A stretch of 64,000 nt of DNA, taken from contig NMRA01000685.1 in assembly GCA_002633005.1 (NCBI GenBank), forward strand, positions 1 through 64,000, written 5' to 3'. The position numbers were made by a program, and so were the translations under genes. The DNA is from Phoronis australis. Lineage: Eukaryota; Animalia; Phoronida. The notes beneath the pieces are model-generated. The model did no database searches. It saw only the letters and a program-made list of their open reading frames with translations, and had not been told where the DNA came from. The first letter of the stretch is position 1. The number at the start of each line of letters is the position of its first letter. Of the stretch, positions 1 to 13,607 are shown piece by piece.

Positions 1-449
1 CAGACGACCAGTGACCACGAAGCCTCCACTAGAATTAAAACTGTTTCAAGATGTGACCCTGCTTAAGTGCGCGCGTACAAGCTTCACGTGTTGCAGAGGT
101 CAGACATCAAATTTATGGTCTCGTACTATATGTAGCTGTAAAGTTCTGAGTCAGAGAGCAGTTTTAAAATTGGTTGTAATAAAAGTTTGAAAAACTCTGC
201 TGTTTTTTGTGTTTGGGATGTTATAGTCGACACTCCGTGACTCAATGACATTTTCAGCGTATAGTTCTGTGGCTAGCTGTCTTTTCTCGACAGCCCGGCA
301 TTGCTCTCTTGCTGTTATGCAAAGAAGTAAGACAAGGATCGGGGGTGGTCAAAGCCAGTCGTCGATCAAGAATAAAATTTCAAGCAACTGCATAAATATG
401 TTACAAAATGTCAGAAAACAGCAATGTTTCAATTCATTATTCTGAACGA

Positions 450-1200
450 TCACCTTACCAAACTTCATGGTGGAAAAACATTTATTTTCATGCAAGATGT
501 CCAGATTATCCTATTCATATCACTTGTAATATCGCACTGCGGCACTGTTCGGTCCCGCTGTTATCGCGCAATGTCTCAGTCGGCTGACAATCGTGACTTG
601 GAAATGCCGTCAAGTAATGTAACGGCCTCTTTCAATATGCATCTCGTTTTTTATGGCTAAAGATAGTGGCGGTATTCAGCAAGCACGTCGGGCCTACGTG
701 TGAGTCACCTGTCAATCACATGTTGGTGTCAAGTTAACATGCACTCCAAAGTGTGGGAACTTGCGCACGTGCACCACTACAAATCAGTCACACATAGCGA
801 CAGTCCGAAGTAACAAAAAACGGGCGTGACTATGTACTTTTAAGCTGTTGTTATGAAAGACCCAGTTCTTTACGATATTCCTCCGTTGCCAATGTTCCCC
901 AAAGCTGCGATGTCAAGTCTATTCCCATATTTCCCGGCTCGATGCTCCCTAAGCCCATCCCTGTAACTAGCTGCGTGAATCTCCTACCCACTATCGTCAA
1001 GCAGTCTACGTCGTAGATATTTCAGACTCGAATGGTAAGAATTTTTGTTCAGGCTGAAAATGGCCAATGTATGAACAAAACTATTCCGGATGGCTAAAAA
1101 GGGGATGNATGGCCAATGTATGAACAAAACTATTCCGGATGGCTAAAAAGGGGATGCGGAAACGATAATTCACACAGTCACGCTTACGTGGGGGCTGACG
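450..1200. mobile_element. Fragment of an interspersed DNA-transposon-like repeat (second copy at about 30437-31260)
   Basis: Shared blocks gatca.cttaccaaactt, atatcgcactgcggcac, gacaatcgtgactt, gcaccact, ttcagactc and attccgg.tggctaaaaaggg occur in the same order in both places. Confidence 0.7.
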
Positions 1201-1839
1201 CAAGAAATAGTAAAGAACAGCCAGCGACATTAGTTGAATCTGCTAACCAGTTTGACTGAGATGCAATAAGCGAAAAACAAAATTTGACTAGCTGTTTTTT
1301 ATTACTTCAAGATCATACACAAACATACATTATTGCTAACGTTTGAATTCAGAAATCGACAGGCAGCAACGAAATCGGGAACCCAGTAAGGCACTTGTAC
1401 TGTCCCTTCGGTCGCCCCACATCCTCTATAACCCGGCAGTTATATTCATCAAAATATTGAGAATTTGACGTCTTTCCGTGAGTTGTGAGATTTGTTCAAA
1501 ATACGAGAGCTTCCCACCTTAATAGAATTTGGAGGGTTGGCAAAAACCATTGTCACATTTCTCTGGCCTGATTTTTTCGAATATATGTTTTATCTAGTGC
1601 ACTGCAGATGGAAACTCAGTGCAGCAGACAAAGTCGCTGAAAGCGGAGGTTTTGACGCCGGCGGCGTTCTTAAACTTTGCAAACAAGGGAAGAAAATAAA
1701 GTGACAAAAAGGTTCAAGTGTTTTGAAGTGAGTTCATGACCCAACACAATAACTCTTTATCTGTATTGTGATTCAGATTGCTAAACCACCATCTCGGAGT
1801 CCCGGCGTCGTTGCACTCATTGTGATCATCGATCTTTTT

Positions 1840-2062
1840 CTAAAAGTCGGGGAATCGCGCATTTCCTTAGCACTAGGCGCTAAATCTTCATTCTTTAAAA
1901 GTCGGGGTGGGCGCTTAACCGAGAGGTGGGCGCTTAACTGGAACTCTTAAAAAATCGAGGGAGGGCGGTTAACCGAGCAGTGGGCGGTTAAATCGGAAAT
2001 CCACTTAAAGTAGGGGATGGGCGGTTAACTGAACATGGGTGTTAACCCGAACGATTACGGTA
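1840..2062. mobile_element. End of a MITE-like element with repeated gggcg(g/c)ttaa subterminal motifs
   Basis: Five gggcg[gc]ttaa motifs ending in ...gattacggta; a matching left end was not identified. Confidence 0.45.
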
Positions 2063-2096
2063 ATTGATCATGAGTTCAAACTTTAGCAAAACAATT

Positions 2097-2340
2097 AACA
2101 CAACTACCGCAATCCTACATTAGCCTCATAAGTACCAACACAACTACCGCAATCCTGTGTTAGCCTCATAAGTACCAACACAACTACCACAATCATGTAT
2201 TAGCCCCATAAGTACCAACACAACTACCGCAATCCTGTATTAGCCTCATTATTACCAACACAACTACCACAGTCCTGTATTAGCCCCATAAGTACCAACA
2301 CAACTACCACAATCCTGTATTAGCCTCATAAGTACCAACA
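2097..2340. repeat. 40-bp minisatellite, 6 copies
   Basis: caactacc[ga]c recurs at 2101, 2141, 2181, 2221, 2261 and 2301. Confidence 0.95.
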
Positions 2341-3072
2341 ATTACCCAACACCATCCTCTTAATCCTGCTGTTTTCATAAGGCGATATTCTACAAAAGTA
2401 AATCCAAACTTGAAAACTCAAAACTTCACCTTTTGCAGAGTTTATTGTCCAACACTAAAGAACCTGTTCCACGTCTTCTTGTGATACAGAGAATATCTTA
2501 AGAATTTTTCCACCTGATGAGACAACGATCAACGTAAATGCCATGGAATTTCAAATCAATAAATCCGCATTAAAATTCTGTCATTGGTGCGACATAACGA
2601 GACCGCTTATCAATTGAAATGAACAGTTAATCAATAAACGCTTCAGAATTTGGATATTTTTAAAGTTTAATATCATATTAGTTGCGCCCACTAAGATCAA
2701 TTGTGCAGGGATAAGCTTTGGATACTTTTGATAATGCGAAACAAAACAGTAATACTATATTGAGAGCAATAGTTCGTTAATTCTTTACATGAAAAGACAG
2801 TGGGTGATCACTTAAAAACTTCAATGTAAACCTATCTCCAGTACTGATGTTCACACAATACCCTATCAGAGGCTCTTTGGAAGCTTGCCACATTCTTTAA
2901 AGTCCAAGAAGCACACTTTGTTAACCCTTATTACATGGTTAGAGGATGTTAAAAGGATCCAAGAAGTACCCCATAACTAATACACAATCTGTAATCGAAT
3001 AAAGTTTAAATAAACGCGCCACTCATGATTCGAACTTATGGCGAACCTGGAAGTACAATTCATTCAGGAACC

Positions 3073-3230
3073 CAGGCGTGCGTTCAGTAACGCTAGGACC
3101 TACGCTAGGACCCAACTAAAATCTAGACTAAGTCACGTGTTCTCATTTAAAATAAACGGCAATATCTCACGAAGTCTCGCGAACTCTTGCTTTTTAGCGA
3201 GGTCCTTGCGTTACTGAACAGAAGGCAGGC
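3073..3230. mobile_element. Short MITE-like repeat (related partial copy at about 27385-27495)
   Basis: Inverted ends gttcagtaacgc.aggacct / aggtccttgcgttactgaac; internal gtgttctcatttaaaata shared with 27392. Confidence 0.55.
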
Positions 3231-4536
3231 TTAGTATATACGCCGTCTATGCGACTGGAGCAGCATCTCAGTGTTACCAGCCCGCTAACTGTGATAAAAT
3301 AATCGATGTGGAGCCTTAACGTTCATAAAATCCCAATACAGACAATTGCATCGAAATTGCTGACGAAATGTGGCGAATAAATTTTGAAAGAAATTATTTT
3401 GCCGGACTCGGCCGGCCTGCAGCCGATCAGACCTGGTGCGGACCGAGACCAGACATTGGCGAAAGGTAAAGGCATGCGGTTGCAAGCTGTTTTGCGGAAG
3501 TAAAACGTTCAAATCAAAAATGCCGTATACATACAAAGGTAGTTTCAGACACTTGCATAAAATTACGGGCTGGTTAGTCCTGTGTCACACTGCCGCAGCA
3601 GCCCAGGTTAGCTAGCCTGCCACTGAGCTAGCAGTAAATAGACTATCGTCAAAATACTGCTCGTTAGTATACAGCTATGCGTCAAAGCCTACCGGCTCCC
3701 TGGCCTCAGCGCACGCTCAAATCAGCTTAATTTAGAACTTGGGGTCTTCTGGCAAACTGCAAAGTTGTTGGCTTTCACGAGAGATTTGCCCAGACTTTGC
3801 ATGAGCACACCAATCCTAAACAATGGGGGCTCGAATCTTTGAGAATGTGTACCTTTTACTGTAAGATTCACTGGGAATGTTTAGACTGAGCTACGAATTG
3901 CAGACACCAAATTTTGGTACTTCCTGCCTTCTAGTGGACTTTTGTCTCGTTTTCTACTTTTTTCGGAGTTCTTGCTTCTCTGACTGAGGCAGACCCTTTT
4001 CCATTTCTCCAAATAGGGGGCTCGTTCGACCACATAAGTATGACAAGTCCAATACAAAATGTTATCATTTTTTATTTATTAAACAGTGAGTACGAAGGAA
4101 GTGAACTTACAACTGAACCACATCGATAATTGTAATTTGAGTGGAGGTGGCAATCTCGATGACAGAACTGCAAAAACCCATGAAATGAAAAATTTCCAGT
4201 GAACTTGGTTTTCAACTGTATGGTGTTTTTTAAATTTATGTATTGATCTATTGAAATAATAGTAAATCCAAGACACCAAGAAATGTTGCCTGAAGATGCT
4301 AATGAACATATTATTTGTGGCAAGCTAATTATGTCATACTTTGGTCACTCAATCATTGAAATGAAAGAACAAATCAGAGGACTATGATTTAATCATTTAG
4401 GTATTTTACAGTTCAAATCAAAATCAAGTGCTTTCAGTCGGAACTCTATATTTGGTTTCTGTTCCTTCACAGAATCTCCATAAGCATTAAATTGCATTAA
4501 TTGCATTTTTGTCTTCACGTGAATAAAGTGTATTAC

Positions 4537-4796
4537 CACAGGCGAATTTAGGCCCCCCCTTGGCTGCTGCAAGCAAAATGAAACAGCAACAGCGTGTGGA
4601 AATATAACTAGGACTGGTAGGGGAGAAGATCACGTTCCCGTTTTTTTTTTCTTAGTCGATAGCTGATCCCAACAGGAGGTTCATACTCCCAGCCCCCACA
4701 ACTTTCGGGAGCCCTGTACACATAAAACCGCACTTTGCTCAATTCCCCGAGGCAACATGTTGGGCCCCCCCTTATAGTATCCTAGATCCACCACTA
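4537..4796 (-). mobile_element. Small TIR MITE (family also at 10765-11072 and, more distantly, 36537-36859)
   Basis: Reverse-complement match to 10765-11072 (gcaagcaaaatgaaacagcaacagc, gaggcaacatgttg, tatcctagatc.gccact). Confidence 0.7.
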
Positions 4797-6249
4797 ATAT
4801 ACTACTTAAAGACTTTCAAGATAGTTGATATTTATATCTATTGTACATCAGTCAAAACTGAAATAATCTCGTATAGGAAAGCTATGTAAGCCAAAATGAT
4901 TCAACCTTTTACCATAATAAGTAACTTAGAATGCACAGTACTTTATAATATTTAAGTATTACAAGCACTATCCAACAGCACAAGTTGATATGAAAGTGGG
5001 CATGCATGTAACTAATTTATGTAACTATTACCATGGTGACCGAGTAGTGTTTCCTTACACCAGAATTTGACAAGCATGATTAAAAAATATGAAGTTGCAA
5101 GGAACAAGAATTGGAGGCTTCAAGCTTCACAATCCAACATAGACTATTTCTCTAATTAAGATTCTTCATATTGTTGACTTGATAACCTGAATTAAGAAAG
5201 CTACAGGTTACAAAACATGACATCAAAGCAATTTAGACTTAAAATTTAGAAAAACATGAATCATTTTGTGACTCCTAATCAAGCCTTGAACAGCAGTTGA
5301 CAGTCAAACAAAAAACCATTTCAAAATTATTTCAACTATTTTTTTAGCTTAGTGTAAGATCACCTGAATGGGAAATTCACAGTAAAATAATTCGAATATA
5401 CCTTATATTTTTTGCACAAAAACATGAAAATTGAACAAAGTTCCTTTTTTGTAGAAACGTTCGTCAAAATGTATCAATGTCAGGCTTGGTTTTCAGATGG
5501 AATATTCACAGCACAAAACCGGAGACTACGAACTCACTTACAAAGACTATGGTAGTTCTTAATCACAGGCTTTTGACATACAAGGGTAACTGTTAGTCCC
5601 AAATGAAATTCCAGAAAAATATGCACTTTCTAAGCAAGGAAACATATACTTTAAGCTGCAATATCGACAAGAAAAACATTCCGCCTTAGATACTTAGTTA
5701 CCAGTCTGTTAAAGAAAAAGTATTTACACACTTTTGACAAGGTAGCTAAACCTTGGAACACAATTTTGACTGAATTTCGCAAATTAAAACGTTAAATGTC
5801 GTAGCTGTAAGGCCTAAATGAAGAAAAATATAGTATCACATGCTAGGGAACCTAGAAAATGTCACTTTATGAAAGAAGTTGACAGTTAATTCGGAAATTT
5901 CAACATTTTAAAGACAAATGTATTATGTATTCCCTACGTCATTTTATCGACAGTATCTCTACTGTAAAGTTGATGTCGTGATTTCAGAAGACTTAGATTT
6001 CACATGCATGCCATTTGGAAATGAGAATAGTCTACGAAGGCTTGTTCTGGCGGAAGCAAAAACAGACTAACAAGTCGTGTTTTTGGAACTGTCCTTTTGT
6101 AATGATAGATTTCTTAACTTTGGGATTGCGAATTCTTGTGAGAAGAAAACCTGACAGAACAGAGAATGGTTATGTTATAATCTAGGTACATTTTGAAATG
6201 ACTGTGAGTGTGAAGTAGCACATTCCGAGATTCTCTGATAAAACGCCGT

Positions 6250-6385
6250 TCGCAAAAACCGTGACGAGCCAACACGTCTGAGTGGCACTGGTTTCTGTCT
6301 TAAAGGACATCAGCGCAGAGTCGAACCTGAATCGCTTGCATTAGAGCGAAATGCTCTACTGGCCAAGCTCAACCTCACTCGGTAT
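6250..6385 (-). mobile_element. Degenerate tRNA-derived SINE-like sequence
   Basis: Minus strand reads gagcttggccagtagagc (A-box-like) ... caggttcgactc (B box); no clean cloverleaf. Confidence 0.45.
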
Positions 6386-7485
6386 ATGATACAAACTATT
6401 CCAAGAGCATTCAACTGTTCAAGTAACCACCCTTGATTTCAGTGAGTGTTTGTCAGACAACGGCGAGAATTGGTGATTTGTAATAAAATCACAAAACACA
6501 ACAGATCCATTGTTTTTTTAGCTCTGTTCAAAAACTAAAAATCCCAATTACCAATAATTCCAAAATTGCTGTTCCTCGCTCATAAAAACAATAAATTGTC
6601 GCTTAAAACTAAGAAACCATCCATCCGCATTTGCCTTAAATGCATGAACAGCTGATGTGACGTGCAAAGGGACAAAAAATAAATTCGTCAATCATTCAAC
6701 ACGATTATTGAATTAGCAACCGACTAACACTACATGACACTGTCACGTTGACAGAGAAGCAACTGTCAATTAACCTCATAATTAATGGAGTTTGCAAAAT
6801 CCAAACTTCAGCACCACAGCAGTTTGTAGGTGTTTCACAAAAAAGTCAAAACATCACGCTTTTACACACAGCTTAAATGGAGATTTGAGCCAAAAGTACA
6901 ACTGTTCATAAGTCTTCATTTATAAATTCCACATAAAACTCGTTAAGTTACAACATTTCAATCAAACAAGCCCAACGACAGGAGCCACGCTTTGTTAATG
7001 TGCCTCATAATCAAACAACTACTATCAATATATACATTCTTGTACAATGCCCCAATTCAAATCCTTCCTCAACTTCTAAATACAAGGTACAGAATACCTT
7101 CTTATAAAATGGTCATGTTGAGTCCCTGTCAACTTCTAAATGTCACTATGTCAAACATAAATAAGCATTCAAGCACCCCCACAATGTTTGTCAAGAAAAA
7201 ATGAAGGAGTCATAAGACTAGAACAAGGAGGTCTAATAGATATGAAACACCACTTTAGTTCATGATGCAAAACAGTTCATAAGAAGAGAACATCTTAAGA
7301 CCTTTACAAGAATCAATAACATCAAAGGACAAGAGGACAAAATCTGGTTTATACGGAGAAAAAACTTCAGAAACCAATTAAAGATGCTCTCTTCAGTTTC
7401 CAACAATGAAACTAGTACGAAAAAGTGAAGTTTTAAAGGTTTTAAGAGAATGGCCCTTTTTTAATGAAAGCATTTCAAAATTTAA

Positions 7486-7993
7486 AGTTCCTTTCATATT
7501 GACATAACTCTGGTCTGAGCGGAGTGTCAACGTAAACAGCGCAGTTAACTGGACCGTTCATACTGGCTTCGGTAGTTAATGAACATCGAAGCAAGCAGTT
7601 GGTGCCACTGTCGTCATTGAAGTTATCGCAAGGTAGCGTTGCACGCTAAGATTTTTTCAACGTTTCGATTTGAAAACATTTACATGTGCTAAGTGACACT
7701 AAACTTATTTTTAAATCGATTGGTTATTATTAGAGCAAAATGTAAACAGCTATTAGTGACGGCACTACCCTGTAACTCTGTTGACGATACCAGTGGCACC
7801 TGGCGATAACTTCGATTGGACCGAAGTTAGGCGTTCATACTGCACCGCAGCATTGACGCTGCGCTATTAAATCCACCTGTTAACTGCAATGTTAACTGGA
7901 GCTGTTAACTGCGATCCAGGACCGGAGTTAAGCGTTCATACTGACCGCAACTCCCCAAACCATCAACGCGTCGACGTTAGTATGAAAGGCCCT
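7486..7993. mobile_element. PIF/Harbinger-like MITE
   Basis: Imperfect TIR agttcctttcatattgac / gttagtatgaaaggccct, flanked by TAA on both sides; internal cgttcatactg repeats. Confidence 0.65.
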
Positions 7994-9589
7994 TAAGACA
8001 ACATCTTCAATGGTCAACTAGTCTCATTACACAGATTTCAATTTCATCATGACTACAATCAACAGATTTTCTCTGTAATCAGTTCTCGAATTACAGCAAT
8101 TCAAAATGAAAAGCAATTTAAAACAGAAACAGTGTTCCTTTAAATCAACTGAATTCTCTACTCAAGTAAAATGAAACAGCTCTGACAAGTTCAAGTTCTT
8201 CAAAATTACATGAAGTCTGACCTAATTGCAAACCAGTGTTCTCCACAGATACCAGTGAATGTCCCTAAGTAGCACAGTCCACCTCCCAATACAATCGTGT
8301 ATAGTACACAATTCCCTTTAACCCTGACGTTAAGAGAACACATATACCCAGTTCACAGGAAAAGTTCACTCGCTTAAAAATAATTATTCATGAGAATCAC
8401 AGAAATTAATTTCCCATCTTAAAGCACTTCGCACAACAAAATTACATATCTCTTCTCTTGACTGCACTTGAATTAAATGACTTTTAAGAGAGGAAACCGT
8501 ATTATGCACTTAACCTATTGAAAGCCGGCGTGGAGCACGTCTCGGACTGAAGATTAATCTAATGTATGTATGTATCTATCCGTATCAAACGAAGATTGCA
8601 AATTGATGGATATTAAAGCAAGCACAGTTTACGATGTTGCGGGGAAACCGAATTGATTTTGATTGAAGTCAAAGGACATCATAGCAAGATATTAGCAATT
8701 GCAAGTGGGGTAAAATCTCACCAATTTCAAAAAAAATTAATACCAAAATTGCCCTCGTTTCATATTCCATTTTTTAAATTGTACCGTATATCTTCTCATT
8801 ATGTGGTGTAAATCCTGTAATATTGACTTTCTGCGCTTTCTTCACTGCCATGAGCCAGGATCATCTTTTGCATCAACTAACGACGCCAGATACGAGATAA
8901 GCCTGCCGCCAATTAAGGCCATTAAAAACAAATGGAACCTCGTGTTCAACAAAACGTCTCTAAAGGAAAATTTGTTGCCGAGATACACCAAGCTCCTACA
9001 CTGACAGACGGTGGAACTTAACATTTCATAATCTTCAACTAGATGTATTGATGAAAAAATTAACATAGACACAACAACAGATGGCACTAGAGTGCTGCAG
9101 AAGTATAGACACCATAGACATCTTTATACTATAGACCGGGCGCATGCGCTACTGCAGCTGACAACTTGACGCCATATTGGAGAATGTTACTAGTCACGTG
9201 ACACGGCTAATTGCCGTGTAAACAAACGGGGCAAATTGCCCTTTTCAAAGCACGATATCTAACACATAAAGAGGAGGGAGAGTACGACTTTTTCCAGAAA
9301 CATAAAAAACATGTGAAGCAACACTTACATGGATTTTTTAAGAGTCAATCAGTCGATAGGGAAAATGTCAAACTAATAGAAGATCGCAACCAGTGGCAGA
9401 TTCTTGAGTGGCCTGAGCCGCTACAGGCTTGTCAATCCACTGCAAGCGTTTTATTTTTTTTCATTTTTTCAAGAGAAAACCAGCAAGATCGCGCAAATTT
9501 AACATTTAATTTGCGTCGCTCGATGCAAATACATTATATCCGGGAGACGTGCTGCTCACTTGCGATGTATTTTTGGGGTGCCCCAATAG

Positions 9590-11373
9590 GAGCCTTTTCA
9601 GTATTTAAAAATGACCCCGGGTAACTTTCTAAAATTAACATATGACCTGGTTCGCTTTTAATGAGGGTCTAAATTTAAATGTGAACTACTGTGAAAACTG
9701 GCCTCATTGTGGTCATTTAAATAAATGACACTGAGGTTTTTAAAGCCTAACTTCAACGGAATTTTGTTATTTTAGATGTATTGGGCTAACCAGATAGTCC
9801 TAACAAAGACTAAGTAAAATAAGAAAACGCGAGTTCAATCACGCAAATGTAAGTTCGTCAAATGATAGCTAAATCTGCCTTTTCGCGCCATTTTGCATCA
9901 CCGCGAGATCCCAGCACAAACAACAAAAGGCCGGTAACAGTTGTATTGAATAGGGGTCTGAACAGAAATCATTGCGTGCAAGTGTTATTCGCAACTGTTT
10001 GAATGAAGGTGATTCTCTTGGTGATGTAGACAAAAGCAAGCCAATACGCCTAACAGGTCGTTACATTTGGCAATTGATGGCAGCAGTGGGCTCAGAGCGA
10101 TGCTCTTAACATACTGTAGGAACCAAATTAACAGGTGTTACCATTGAAGATAGGCTTTAAAGTTCAATTAGAGCGATCTCCCGTTCAGTGACTTCACAAG
10201 ACGTACAGCGGTTGTGAGCGTGTGATAACATCGAGCTCCTTTGTTTACTGCCCAGCACCAACAGTCTTTTGTCTGGCATGACAACATGCATTTCGATCAT
10301 CTACCAGATGATATTACCGATCACATGTGAACACAGTGCGTTGGTAGGTTCCCATAGAATAGATTATATTATCTGGGTGATTTTGGTGATTCAAAAACTA
10401 TAAGGATGATCAGTATTTGATGGGGAATTCAGAAATGTCATTGGTTTATGTTCAAACACTTTATAACTTATTTTTAACAGCACAGTCCAATTGCCAGAAT
10501 GGACATAATCAGGCGTCAGTGTAAGATATTGGCCACAATGCACGGACAGCGCACCACAGGAGGCTGGGGTGGGGAGCTATAGCCGCCCACTTTTTCAATG
10601 CTGCACCACCCATGCAGCAGTCATATGCCCAACTTGTTGTGCTATACAATCTAACAAGTTATTAGACCCAGCAGGAGAACGCCGTAATGTAAAAAGCAAA
10701 GAACGCAGACTCACTTCCTTTCCTGTGCATCGCTCGGGATTGCCAAAATACAAATTTTCTTCTCCAGTGGCAGATCTAGGATACCATAAGGGGAGGGCAA
10801 CATGTTGCCTCAGGGAATCTGGCAAAGCGTGATTGTATGTGCACAGGCGGGCCGAAAGTTGTGGGAGTTGGGAGTATGAGCCTTATGATAAAAAATTCTG
10901 TTGACTAATAACAAAAAAGAAAAACATGAATGCAACCTCGCTGCAATCTGGGCTCTCTCCCCTTCTCCAGTCTACCGGTCCTACTTGCTGAACTCAATAT
11001 TTGCTGTTGCTGTTTCATTTTGCTTGCGGCCGCCAAGGGGGGGGGACGGGCCCCTCCCTAAATCCACCTATGCTTCTCTCATGCACAGTATTCCTCTCTC
11101 ACGGATCTGAAGCCCCCCTGATCAAGTGCCAGGTTGGCATTTTGTAGTGTCCCGTGTAATTACGTGCTCACAAAGAGATCAACCCCTCTCCCACACATTA
11201 CTTCGAACCGTTCCTATCTATATATAGGCTATATGTCAAGCATGTCCAGCCGAGAAATTTAAAATAAATTCTTCTCTCATGCACGCTTGGCCTTCTCACG
11301 GTATCAAATTTGACTCTGAACAAATTAACCAGGGTCATTTTTCACGAGGTAATTTTTTAATGCTACACAGGCT
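9590..11373. mobile_element. Nested TIR element inside the 9113-12193 element
   Basis: Imperfect inverted ends gagcc...aaaaatgaccccggg / ccagggtcattttt...caggctc. Confidence 0.5.
10765..11072 (+). mobile_element. Small TIR MITE with 6-bp TSD, nested
   Basis: cagtggcagatctagg ... cctaaatccacctatg, flanked by cttctc on both sides. Confidence 0.7.
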
Positions 11374-12416
11374 CGGCTGGGTATATTTCCACTCAGTTTT
11401 CAGTGGGAGATTCTGAATTTTGGGTAAACTATAGCTCGGATGCTTAATTCAGTCGTACAGGTTTGATATTTTGGTTACTATGGACTTTACTTTTAGTGCA
11501 AGTTTTGAGTCGCAAAACAAAGAGCTCGTAAGCGAGCAGTGCAAATCTGCTGCAAAACTTCCAATATCAACTTCGACATGCGTACAGATTTTGCACTCAG
11601 TGACATGTTTGTTTTGATACAACAGAAAATATCTGATTTTGGAATACATATTAGGAAATGGGTTTTTAAAACAGCATATATTTCAACAGAGAATACATTA
11701 TTCATTTAGATGTATTGATTTGGACGGCTGGCGAGAAAGTTCGGGGATGTTATATCTCAGAACAAGTAAAAATACATACGATTGTCAATATTTACAATTA
11801 ACAAACAGCATCATCATTGGGTAACAGCATATGTTGGTCAATAAATATCTTTTAATTGATCTTATATGGTCTCAATCACCAAGACTGATGTGGAAACAAC
11901 GCATAGTCGCTCTGCTTAAACTGTGGTGGCAGAACATAAAAACCTAGTGGCAGTACCACTAAACTCCATGGCCGAACCAAAAATCCCATGACTCAATGGC
12001 AGGACCAAAAAAACTTAACTCTTTGGCGGCAGACATAACACTGCAAGCCCCCGGATTTTCTGATTGATGCCCTAGGTCTTCCAGTGTTTTCCGCCATTTT
12101 TGTCCAGTGCAACACTCTCCAATATGGCGTCATATTGACAACGCGAGCTGTATGTATCTGAGTGGCGCGCGCCCGGTCTATGTGATGTCTATGATAGACA
12201 CACACAACAATCCAACCTTATAGACTTAAAAAAAAATCAAAAAGTCTGACATTATCTCTTACAAAATGAATCACAACTTATTAATGATGGTTTTGTAAAA
12301 TGTCAAGACTATAGCTTATCATAACTGTCAACAGATTTGTTTATATAAATCAATTAAAACCCCAATAAGGATGATTGTTTGTCAATATCAGTATTCTAAG
12401 TAATACACAAATATAA

Positions 12417-13607
12417 AACAAGAGCAACGCGGAGCATTGAAATGCGCCCATGAATGCATTGCAAATGGTATCCATTCAAAAACAAGAACATGCCATATTT
12501 CATAAAAATCTGTCAAGAAACTTCAGAGAAACAAAGGAAAACAGAATAAAATGAAATTTCCACTAGTGGGCACAGTGTTCGTTGGATCCGCCTGAAAGTC
12601 GTCGTCGTCTGTTGTTATCTTCATATAAATGCAATTACTAAATTTAGTAAATATCCTGCAGTGGGTTTAGGAGATACAACTATGGGCGCAAAACAAAACT
12701 ACCACTAGCAGGCGCCACAGTTGTCAGTCACCATCATCAAAGTCGTCTTCACACTGAGAACATATATGCCAATTTTCAAATGATTTGGTTGATACAGGGG
12801 TGGACACCAAAAACAAGATTTGAAAACAGCAAAAAGTGGCCACTAGGTGGTGCAAAATACCTTGATTCCATACAAAAACAGGAAGATAGCGTCATCATAA
12901 CAATAGATGCCTATATTTAAACTTTTATGAAAATCTGTTGAGGACCTTTGAAGATACTGAGTTAAACATAAAAAAATTAAAATTGCCAGTAGGGGGCACA
13001 GCAGTAGTCAAATCTGTTCGAAAGTCGTCATCATCCATAGTCAACATCATATAAATACAGTTGCTAAATTAAGTGAAGATCCTGCGAACGGTTTAGGAGA
13101 AACAGCCATAGGCGCAACAAAAACAGAACTGCCACTAGGAGGTGCCACAGTAGTCGAAATCGTCGAAAAATCATCGTCAACCGTCCTCTTTATAGTAAGC
13201 ACATACGTGCCAATTTTCACAATCATCCTTTGAGCGGTTTGGTTGACAGAGGGGTGGACACAAAAAACACACTCGAAAACAGTAAAAATGGCCACTAGGT
13301 GGCGCAAACTATGTCGAATCCATCCGAAAATGGGAGGATAGCATCATCTCACATACCGAATTTCATAAAAATCCGTTCAGGACTTTTGATGATACAAAGG
13401 TAAGCATAAAAAACTAAAATTGCCACTAGGGGGCACACCGGTAGTCAGATCCGTCCGAAAGTTTGCTCATGCCTTCCCATTCATAAATGGAACATATGTG
13501 CCAAATTTTATGAACGTAGGTCAAAGGGTTTGGAGATAGAGCAGTGGACGCCGGACGGAGATGACGGCATAATGCGTCCACATATAAATATGTAGGCGCA
13601 TAAAAAA
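12417..13607 (+). mobile_element. Helentron-associated (HINE/DINE-1-like) non-autonomous element with internal ~145-bp tandem repeats; copy 1, complete
   Basis: 5' aacaagagcaa.gcggagcattgaaatgcgccca; internal diverged repeats; (gacg)-type microsatellite at about 13545-13567; 3' hairpin atgcgtccacata-taaa-tatgtaggcgcat, which is also inverse to the 5' atgcgccc; A-rich flanks. This layout matches HINE architecture. Confidence 0.75.

Larger units (their letters stand above)
9113..12193. mobile_element. 3.1-kb composite non-autonomous DNA transposon with P-element-like ends and nested insertions
   Basis: TIR catagacatc...atagaccgggcgc...tgacgccatattggaga at both ends; exact 8-bp TSD atagacac at 9105-9112 and 12194-12201. 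CANRG-type termini with an 8-bp TSD fit the P superfamily (hAT not excluded). Confidence 0.8.

Noticed and set aside
1060-1156. Perfect ~48-bp direct repeat
   Set aside because: The two copies are separated by a single N and the homologous repeat near 31200 has one copy; most likely a contig-join artefact.
2097-2340. CRISPR-like regular repeats (also 24605 and 41137)
   Set aside because: Head-to-tail units with no unique spacers, no cas genes, eukaryotic context.
2430-2513. Minus-strand AG...GT bounded segment as the next TRAPPC8 exon
   Set aside because: Stops in all three frames and no similarity to TRAPPC8.
9211-9624. 137-aa ORF as a transposase (also the ORFs at 39008, 43689 and 54232)
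   Set aside because: No recognisable domain; they start at non-ATG codons or cross repeat boundaries inside non-autonomous elements.
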